The position numbers were made by a program, and so were the translations under genes. Shown here in pieces: positions 10,879 through 19,348 of a DNA stretch of 48,815 bases. Location: positions 1 through 48,815 of the forward strand of contig JWZX01003135.1 of assembly GCA_001275005.1 (NCBI GenBank), in the 5' to 3' direction. This DNA is from Chrysochromulina tobinii. Taxonomy: Eukaryota. Numbering within the stretch: the stretch's first letter is position 1; every line of letters begins with the position of its first letter. Below the pieces are notes generated by a model. That model was not told where the DNA came from. It searched no databases and was given only the letters and a program-made list of their open reading frames with translations.

Positions 10879-12870
10879 TCACATCGCCAGGTCGCCCTCT
10901 GCTGCAGGCACGCGGGTGGGCTTCGCCACGCTGGTTCTGCCGCTGGTCCCGCCGCTGGTGCGCCGGCCGGTGTAGTTGGATGCGAGGGCACCCTGGACTC
11001 CTCGCAGTCCCGACACTGCCGGTGCGCTCGCCGCGGTGGGCGCGGCAGCGAGATCGAAGAACACCAAGCCTGAAGCGGGCGCGCCGAGGTCCTCCGTCGC
11101 CTCCTGGAGCCACTCGGGCGTGTCGCCCGCTGTGTCGCCCTTGGGCTGCGCGTGACCCTGGGGCGTCTCAGGCACGGCCAGCTCATCGGGCAACAAAGGC
11201 GCAGGCGGGGGGTTCAGGTTGATCTGCTCCTGCAGGCAGACGACATCTGCTCTCACGAGGTCGAAGGAGACCATTGCATCAAGGCGCAGCTGCTCGATCT
11301 TTCCATCGGCGTGATTGAGGCCGTTGACGAGCTCTGCAGCAGGCGAGAGATGGACGACAGACCGTCACGGTACGATAGGGTCGTCAAAGGGGCAAGCGGG
11401 CAAGATTGGGATCGGTTAGGGGCGAAGGTGCCAGGGATTTGCGATACCGATGAAGTGCTCGCCGCGCTGCATCGATGCGGCCAGCTGCTCGCCATGCGCC
11501 ACCGCCGCCAAGTGCGTCGCTTCCGCGAGCGCCGCGGCGCTCGCAGCAGCTTCCTTAGCAGCTTGGATATCCATTGCGAAGCGACGGTCTACCAGCTTGC
11601 GGTCCGCCGCCACAGCCTTCGCCTCCGCGAACTGCCGTTCCAGATCTTTGAGGCCGCCGATGGCCCCGCCAACTGCAGACTGCAGCCCGGCGATCTGCGG
11701 CTGCACGCTCGCCAGCACAGCTTTGCTGTACTTGTGCGCCGCCGCCTCGGCCGCAGCGGCTGCGTGCGCCGCCTCCTGCCGTGCCTCACGCTGGCGAGCG
11801 AGCAGGCTGTCAATCCCAACACGCTGGAGAGCAGCGTCCGCCGTAGCCTTGCGAGAGGCATCCAACGCCTCGCGTGCAATGCGCGTGCAATCAGCGAGTC
11901 CCGATTGCGCCGCGGCAGCGGCAGCGAGCGCCCGCGCCGCGTCAGCGAGTGCCCGGTCCGCAGTCGTTTGCGCACCGAGCGCCACGTTGGCCACGGCCTC
12001 AGAGGCAACGAGCGCCCGGTCCGCAGTCGTTTGCGCACCGAGCGCCACGTTGGCCACGGCCTCGGAGGCAGCGAGCGCCCGGTCCGCAGTCGCTTGCGCA
12101 CCGAGCGCCACGTTGGCCACGGCGTCGATCTTCGCGAGCGCCACGTTGGCCACGGCGTCGAACTTCGCCTTGTTCGCGATGACCATGTTGCGAAGTTCGT
12201 GGTGGTCGTTGCGAAGTTCGTCGTGGTCGTCGCGAAGTCCGTCGTGGTCGTCACGCAACGCCTCGACCGCAATGCGCAGCTCCTCATGCTCGAGGCGCTG
12301 AGCTTCAAAGCGCGCGCGGGTGACCGGGACCATGCTCGCGAGGATGCCCAGCTCGCCCCCGGCGGTCTTCTTGAGCCACTCCTCATGCGCGCGCGTCGAG
12401 GAGGGCGTGGTCGTCTTGATGTGGAGCTCGCCCATGTCCTCAATGAGCCACGCGAGGATGGGGAGGTCCAGGCGCGAGAGAGTCATAGTCTGGTCGCGCA
12501 CGTCCTCCAGCAGCCGCCGATGCGCCGGCGACCCGTAGCTCACTCGGCGGACACTATGGGTCTCGACGCTGCCTTTGGGGTCCGTGACCGAGATCGTGCC
12601 GTCGGGGAGGTCGCCGGGCGCCTCCAGGATCTGCATCAGGCGACCCCAGGAGGACCGCGTCGCCTTCCCCGACGACGACGTGAAGGGCACCGTTGTGAAG
12701 TCGCGCAGCACCTTGGTCGGGTCGTTCGGATCCACGATGTGCAAGTGGCCCGCATTGTCGATGTCGCGCCAGAACCTTGGCTTTTTCGGGTCCAGTGCCG
12801 CTAGCTTACCGCTTTGCAGTCGGTGCGGACGCAGGGAAATGTTCGCCCCTTCCTTCGTCTCGATGCTCAT
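10879..12870 (-). CDS. Hypothetical coiled-coil protein (~620 aa), two exons (12870-11463, 11333-10879), with 21-aa Ala-rich repeats
   Basis: ORFs 11416-13029 and 10879-11274 join in frame via G|gcgagc...ctgcag|AG, giving MQRE-LVNGLNHADGKIEQLRLDAMVSF. Contains ANVALGAQ(A/T)TADRAL x3 and LRDDHDE heptads. Confidence 0.65.
11334..11462 (-). other. GC-AG spliceosomal intron (129 nt)
   Basis: Donor G|GCGAG and pyrimidine-rich acceptor ctcgcctgctgcag. Removal skips a stop and restores the frame. Confidence 0.65.
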
Positions 12871-13282
12871 GGCAGCAGCTCGCGGCAGGCTCACGTGGAT
12901 CGGCCGGCACGTCTGGGGCTCTGGGCTCCGCACAGGTCGAGGTGACGCGAGGGTGTGCACTGCCTCTCCGCTCGCAGCGTAGAGCGTATGAATGCATGCA
13001 GTGAATGAATGGACGGAACTTGGACACACTCAGTTGGCAGTGAAACTGTGAAAAAACTGGACGTCAGCTATGGCGTGTCGGCGGCACGTCGACGCACGAT
13101 AGGGGGTGGCGCCAGCGGTGGAGCAGCACCAGGTGGTCCAGCCAATGGGGAGGGTTTGGCGTGAGTGTGTCTGGTTTCGTACACCATGTGTGGGTTTGTA
13201 TGCTGAACCCCTGATTGGCACTAATCGGTGTTACAATAACTATCTATACGTATACCCACGTCGAGCATGGTTGCTCTAGCGT

Positions 13283-13620
13283 CTAGGCTAATCTAGGCTG
13301 GGACGGGACATGCCGGTCTGTCGACCAATCGGGGCGAAGCCGGTGGCCCCCCGACTGCGCATCCTTGGCATGTGAGAGGAGGTAGCACAGCGCCTCCAGA
13401 TCCGCGGCGCACGCGTCCAGCGCGAGCGGCGCGCGCATCGCATTCCTGAGTGCGAGCTCCTTTGCCAGCCGTGAGCGTGTAGCTGAGACGGCGTCGAGCG
13501 CAGCCGCGACGTGCGCGTACGGCACTGGCGTACCCGGTTGCCAGCCCGCCCGAAGCGGTTGGTACTGCGCGAGCGGCAGGCTCAGGTCGGGCGGCGGCCC
13601 GTCGTCCATGGCAAGCTGGA
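13283..13620 (-). pseudogene. Truncated fragment of an ATP-dependent DNA ligase (LIG1/LIG6-type DNA-binding domain start)
   Basis: DLSLPLAQYQPLRAGWQPGTPVPYAHVAAALDAVSATRSRLAKELALRNAMRA matches the W..G.P.PY...T.SRL start of DNA_ligase_A_N. The frame ends shortly after, and no adenylation or OB exons are visible downstream. Confidence 0.65.
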
Positions 13621-14081
13621 CGGACAGCTGCTGCGACGGCCTGGCGGGCGGGCGTCGGCGCGGCATGAGGGACTGATGGCACTGAGGCGGCCGTGGATGG
13701 CGCTGCGGAGACCGCCGATGGCGCTGCGGCGGGCGCTCCTCTCCCGGCGCCGTTGCCGCCGCCGCCGAAGAAGGCAGCAATGCCGCGCTGCTTGCCTGCT
13801 GGTGGCTGCTTGCGCTTGCCTGTGACCTAGGGCTGAGCGGAAGCTGGCGGTCCGAGTCGAGGAAGAGCCGCACCGCACAGCTCGCACGTCGTAGCGTCCT
13901 GGTTCCTCGTGAGCAATGTGCAGCGAGGGCATGAGCGCTCAGCCATCGTGCTCGGCTGGTGATCAGACAGCGAGGCCACGACGCGGCATTTTTGGTGGGT
14001 GGCCAAATCCCAAAAGAAGTTAGAATTCCTATGAATGAGAGAGGCTCACATTCATAACTTGCCAGATATAGGTGGACTTGC

Positions 14082-14129
14082 CAACACGGCGTTTTGTACC
14101 CGTGCGCACGGGTACAAAACGCCGTGTTG
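14082..14129. repeat. Perfect 48-bp palindrome
   Basis: caacacggcgttttgtacccgtgc is followed immediately by its exact reverse complement gcacgggtacaaaacgccgtgttg. Confidence 0.95.
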
Positions 14130-14336
14130 AGCACAAACATCGAGTGAGCACGACTCGAGGGGAGATTCCCTGGGGGCAATCTTCTCCTCGTCCACGTACG
14201 TCGATCTCAGCCCCACATGTACATGTCAAATTGAATTTTGGCAATATTGAGTGAAAATCACTGGAACATCTCAGCTCGTTACGTACGGGGCTAATTGAAT
14301 GGGTATACGAGTTAGGTCTGGTGGGGGGTTGCTTGG

Positions 14337-14860
14337 CAACCAAGTAAACCCCAAGACTCCAAACTTGCCTTCGCGTTGTACGAGATTGTACGAGACTCAC
14401 CCCCGTGCACCGCCGCGATTTACATGTACTTTGATGTCCCCAATACCCAAACCAGGGGCCGTCCCCAACCAAGTAAACCCCAAGACTCCAAACTCGCCTT
14501 CGCGTTGTACACCCCCGTGCACCGCGATTTACAAGTTTGTAGTAGGCGTTCCGTTCCGCAACCATTCCAATGCCTACCTTTTATCTTGCTCCACCAACCC
14601 TCGTGGTCTCCAATAAACTGGGCGAGAAACTGGGCGAGATTGCCTTACTGGGCGACCGCCGACCGGTACTTTGCGACGGTACACTTTGCGACCGGTACTG
14701 TGCGACGTTGTGTCTCCAAACCAGGGCTGCCGTCCCCAACCAAGTAACCCCCAAGACTCCAAACTCGCCTTCGCGTTATACGATTTACATGTGCGTAGTA
14801 GGCGTTTCGTTCCGCAACCATTCCAATGCCTATCATTAATCTTGCTCCACCAACTCTCGC
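14337..14860 (+). repeat. Three degenerate direct repeats (~90-155 bp), possibly the body of a non-autonomous element
   Basis: Core caaccaagtaa.ccccaagactccaaact.gccttcgcgtt at ~14337, ~14466 and ~14737. Copies 2 and 3 also share gtagtaggcgtt.cgttccgcaaccattccaatgccta...atcttgctccaccaac. Confidence 0.85.
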
Positions 14861-15039
14861 CGTGGTCGTAGTCGAGATCGAGCTGATGACGCAGCTCATC
14901 ATCTTGATGGCCTCGTGTCCTCATAGGCGAGATCGGGCTGATGACGTGTCCTCCTAGGCTGATGACGTGCTCATCATGAGAGCACGAGGCCGTCAAGCTG
15001 ATGAGGCGCCATCAAGCTGGTGAGGTCATCAGGCGGAGT

Positions 15040-15648
15040 TCACAGGGCTCCGACGAGATGAGGCGGAGGCGGGGGGACCCCGCACGGCAGGCAGACCCGA
15101 GGCTTGCCGAACACGCATTTCTTATCAAGAGCGCCGAAGGAGCTGAAGAGGGTACGGAAGAGCACGAAGGTATTCTCAATGTCGGCCACGCCCACCTGAT
15201 GAGCGAGGCCATCGGGGAGACACACTCAGCGCCGTCATCATGGGGGCTCCGGCCATGTAATCTCCGGAATCTCGGGGACGATCTCGGGGAGGAAATCTCG
15301 GGGATGCAATCTCGTGGACGCGATCTCGGGGATGCGATCTCGGGGATGCAATCTCGGGGGCGCAATCTCGGGGATGCAATCTCGGGGATGCAATCTCGGG
15401 GATGCGATCTCGAGGTCCCATCCAGCCCCCTACCGTCTCCCGGATCGAATGCATCGACCAGCACGCGGCGCCGAGGTCGACAGTTCGAATGCCCGTGCGG
15501 CTCGAGATGATCGGACCAATCGTCGATCCGCATGGGCAGTCGTTCTTCACCATGAACTCCTGCGGGTCCTCGTGGGCCATCAGTGGTCATCAGAGTGCAT
15601 CAATGGTCATCAGAGCAGCAGCAGCACCACCACCACCAGCAGTGGCAG

Positions 15649-15689
<41 letters not shown>

Positions 15690-16659
15690 CCACCACCACC
15701 ACCACCAGCAGCAGCAGCAGCAGCAGCACCAGCAGCACCAGCAGTGGCAGCAGCAGCAGCAGCCGCAGCAGCAGCAGCAGCAGCAGTGGCAGCAGCAGCA
15801 GCAGCAGCGTCACCTGCACGCTGATACCAGCACGGCGCGCGAGCTCGCGCACGACGAAACCACTCTCGCCGTTGGTCGCGTAGCGCTGGTTGTCGTTCGT
15901 CTTGATGACAGTCCCCTTGTTCAGTTTGGGCGCGTGTGCCGACTGGCAGAGGTCGAGGAGCGGCTCAATCAGTCGAAATCAGTCGAAATCAGTCGCGATC
16001 AGTCGCGATTGGTCGCAATCGGTCGCAATCGGTCGTAATCGGACGCAATCAGTCGCAATCAGTCGCGATCAGTCGCGATCAGTCGCAGTCGGTCGCAATC
16101 GGTCGCAAGCAGTCGCGATCAGTCGCAATCGGTCGGAATCAGTCGCAGTCGGTCGCAATCGGTCGCAATCGGTCGCAATCAGTCCACCTGGTGCTTCTCC
16201 GCGTAGTTGGGATGGACGGCGTGCGCAGCGTCCGCCGAGATGAGAAAGCTGCGACGGTTGGACATCAAAAGAGACTCGGCGGCGGCGTGCGGCTCGTCCG
16301 GGGCGAAGCATGACGAGACGCGCTGCATGGACTCACTCATGATCGGTCCACCGGCGCCCGTGGTCGAGTCCGAGCCCACCTCTTCATGATCGAACAGTGC
16401 GACCATACACACATCGTCTGCGCTCGGCGGGGCCTCGTCCGCATGCACCATCAGCGCACGCAGCGACGTGTAGCAGTGTAGCAGGTTGTCGAGGCGAGGG
16501 GCCGAGAGGAGCTCCGAGCGCAGACCCCAGATCTGCGACGGCTGCGTGTCGCACAGCGTCATCTCGAAGTCGAAGATCGCCCCGATCTCGCAGTCGAGCT
16601 CGGCCGCGAGGACCTGCAGCAGCTCCGGGCAATGGCGTTCGTCCATGCCCGGCTCGGCC

Positions 16660-16691
<32 letters not shown>

Positions 16692-17306
16692 CTCGGCCGC
16701 CGCGGCCGCGGGCTTGTTCACTGCCTCGGAGATCAACCCGAGGATCGGTTGCAGGTGCGTCTCGGGGTTCGGCGCAAACTTGCCGCGCTCGTCGGCGGAC
16801 GTCAGGTGGATACACAGGTTGGGGATGCGAAGCAGCGGCCGGCGCACGTGGACGAGCTTCTTGGCAAAGGAGCCGTCCGCCTCCTTGACGATCACGGATC
16901 CCGCGAGGCTCAGCTCGCGGTCGAACCACGTGTGCCACAGCCCGCCACCGTATGCCTCCACGTTGATCTGGATGCACCCGTGGGCGCTCTTCTTGGAGCA
17001 CGGCTTGAGCTTGAGCACGGGCGAGTCCGTGTGCGCGCCCACGATGTTGAAGCCATTACCCGCCGCAAACGCCGCGCCGATGAAGAAGGCCACGAGCGTG
17101 CCGCCCCGGACGAAGAAGTACTTGCCGCCCGGCTTGAGCAGCGGACGCCACGCGTCAGTCTCCACAAGCTCGACAAAGCCCGCCGCGAGCAGCATCGCGC
17201 CCCCCTTGGCGCACATGTGGAAGGGCGTGGGCGAAGCGTCGATGAACGTGATCAGTTCCTCCGCGAGCAAATGCGCCGTGGCCATCGGAGGAAGCCCTGT
17301 CGCCAT
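15040..17306 (-). CDS. DNPEP: Aspartyl aminopeptidase (peptidase M18), 4 exons: 17306-16188, 15942-15814, 15559-15434, 15195-15040 (~509 aa)
   Basis: M18 motifs [80 protein letters not shown]. Three phase-0 GT-AG introns join them in frame. Confidence 0.95.
15196..15433 (-). other. DNPEP intron 3 with 14-mer tandem repeats (gagattgcatcccc)
   Basis: ACG|gtaggg ... gatggcctcgctcatcag|GTG. Confidence 0.85.
15560..15813 (-). other. DNPEP intron 2 composed largely of a (CTG/GTG)n triplet tract
   Basis: CAG|gtgacg(ctg)n ... ctctgatgaccactgatggcccacgaggacccgcag|GAG. Confidence 0.85.
15943..16187 (-). other. DNPEP intron 1 with 10-mer tandem repeats (gattgcgacY)
   Basis: CAG|gtggactgattgcgacc ... 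cctctgccag|TCG. Confidence 0.85.
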
Positions 17307-18047
17307 GTTTCCGAGCAGGCGCAATAATTACATCCCTCATCAAGGGGGCGTCGCGGCCTTTTCGTTTCCCCTTAGAGCGGGGGGCCTGTCGCGAGCTGCT
17401 GCCGGCGAAAATTCCACGTCTGTCACGTCGAGTGCACTATTCGGGACTACTACAGACTGAGATAGATTCGTACTACGAAGTCAGTAACTATGCTGTATTT
17501 CTCAGAGAAGCCCCAGGATTATAACCACACATGAGATTCAGTTCAGTTCAGTTTCTTCGCGGTCCCCCCACGCTCACTCCACCACCGTCTCAACGGACGG
17601 CTCCGCTCCCCTCGGTCAACACAAGTACCTGAGTACTCGCTCGCTCGGGCTACTCAATTTCGCATTTTTCGCTAGTGAGGTCGGTCTCTCCCAGCACACA
17701 GTGTGATCTCTGGTGCTCGCTGCCCTATACTACCAGGCGGGATTGTGACAGGCAATCAGGTGGGGGGTGGGGGGAGGGGTGGGGGGTGGGGTTTTGTCAA
17801 CCGTCATCATATCTCTGCCGTCGTTGTAACAAGCCTCGAACTTCCAAAAACCCAGTCGCTCCACTCCCACGCGTTTTCATACACCCACGCCGCTCGCAAG
17901 TTCCGCGCGTGCCGGTTTACGCGCTCGCAGCTTCACGCGGAGATGCACTCACACGTGGCCAGCCGGCAAGCGCCAATGCAGTCTGGGGCTCCGCCTCTAG
18001 ATGCGATCTCGAGGGCTTGAGGAGCGATCTCGATGGCCGAGGCCAAT

Positions 18048-19268
18048 TCAGTCAGGGGCTCGGCCGGCTCGGGTGAGCAGGCGGCGCGTCTCGTAGTGCA
18101 GCGCTGCCTCGGCGGCTTTGTCGCCCATCAGGCCGAAGCTATGCGAGCCGTGGATCCGCAGCGCCGTCAGAGGGACGCCGTCACGCCGCAGCAGCCGCAC
18201 CAACTCATACCCCTCGTCACGGAATGGGTCGGCGAGCGCGACAGCGACGACCGCCGACGGAAGACCCTTGAACGAGCCCGCGAGCAGGTTAAAGCGGGGA
18301 TCCGCCGAGTCTGCAGCACGTCGTGGCGAGTAACACTCCCACCAGAGCTGCATGATAGTCGTCGGCAGAGCCGCAAGGGTGCCATAGTCGCGAAAGCTCT
18401 GTGATGTCATCGACGGTGCCACCATCGGGACCGCCGCGACGACGCCGCGCACGTCGACGCCGTGCTCCACTGCTGTCCGGGCGCCCACGAGCGCCAAATT
18501 GGCGCCAGCGCTGAGGCCCCCCAGCACGATTCGAGTCGGGTCGATACGGAGCCGGGTCGCGTGCTGCGCCAGGTGCTGCACCGCGTACCACGCATCGTCC
18601 GGGGCGGCCGGGAAAGGGTGCTCCGGCGCGAGCCGGTACTCGACGCTCGCCAGCACCGCGCCGCTCCATGTCGCGGTGCGGCGCAGGCCGGGACCCCACA
18701 TGGCCACGTCGGCCCCGGCTGCCTCCCCGACCACCATCCCGCCGCCGTGAAACATTATGAAGAGCGGTAGCACTTCGTCGTCACCTGCCTCGCGTGGGCG
18801 ATACATTCGCACCTCAAGGTCACGCCCACCTTCCTGGTCGTGTGGCGGCCGGTGCACGAGCTCCATCTCGCACTCGCGCCACTTGCCGGCTTTCAGCTCA
18901 CCCTGCACAGCAACAGAACTCATCGCGTTCATGGAGTTGGCAGCGGCGCGGATTTTCGAAGCGTCGCGGTGGGAGTGAAGCCGCGCCATGCGAGGCATGA
19001 AGCCGAGCATGTGGAACGCGCAGCACAGGGCGTTGTCAACCACGCTCAGGTCCCTGCACCACGACCACCCATGCAGCAACCAAGCGACGAACAAGCAACT
19101 AACACCGCCGACAGCGGGGAGCCACGCGACGTTTGCGCCGTCGGCGACGCTCGCAGCAAGGCGAGCGAGGACAACGGAACCGGCGGCGGCGAGAAAGGGC
19201 GTGAACGCGACACAGGGCCGCGGTGGCAGCGGCGGTGCGTCGACGTCGAGGTTGCGCTTGGCGCTCAT
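18048..19268 (-). CDS. Alpha/beta hydrolase, HSL/Abhydrolase_3 family esterase-lipase with N-terminal hydrophobic segments
   Basis: Motifs FHGGGMV, VEYRLAPEHPFPAAPDD, GLSAGANLA (nucleophile elbow), ADPFRDEG and GSHSF. Confidence 0.9.
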   Translation of the reverse strand: MSAKRNLDVDAPPLPPRPCVAFTPFLAAAGSVVLARLAASVADGANVAWLPAVGGVSCLFVAWLLHGWSWCRDLSVVDNALCCAFHMLGFMPRMARLHSHRDASKIRAAANSMNAMSSVAVQGELKAGKWRECEMELVHRPPHDQEGGRDLEVRMYRPREAGDDEVLPLFIMFHGGGMVVGEAAGADVAMWGPGLRRTATWSGAVLASVEYRLAPEHPFPAAPDDAWYAVQHLAQHATRLRIDPTRIVLGGLSAGANLALVGARTAVEHGVDVRGVVAAVPMVAPSMTSQSFRDYGTLAALPTTIMQLWWECYSPRRAADSADPRFNLLAGSFKGLPSAVVAVALADPFRDEGYELVRLLRRDGVPLTALRIHGSHSFGLMGDKAAEAALHYETRRLLTRAGRAPD

Positions 19269-19348
19269 CAACTCGAGAAGCGAGCAGCTGGCCGCCCTGT
19301 TCGACGAAACACAATTCCATAACAGGCAAGTACAGGAGAGAGTTTGGG

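Noticed and set aside
14337..14860. CRISPR-like repeat/spacer array
   Set aside because: Units are long, unequal and degenerate, the context is eukaryotic and intron-containing, and no cas genes are present.
15583..16038. PolyQ/polyH ORF on the + strand
   Set aside because: It is the antisense reading of DNPEP intron 2, exon 2 and part of intron 1. Triplet tracts lack stops.
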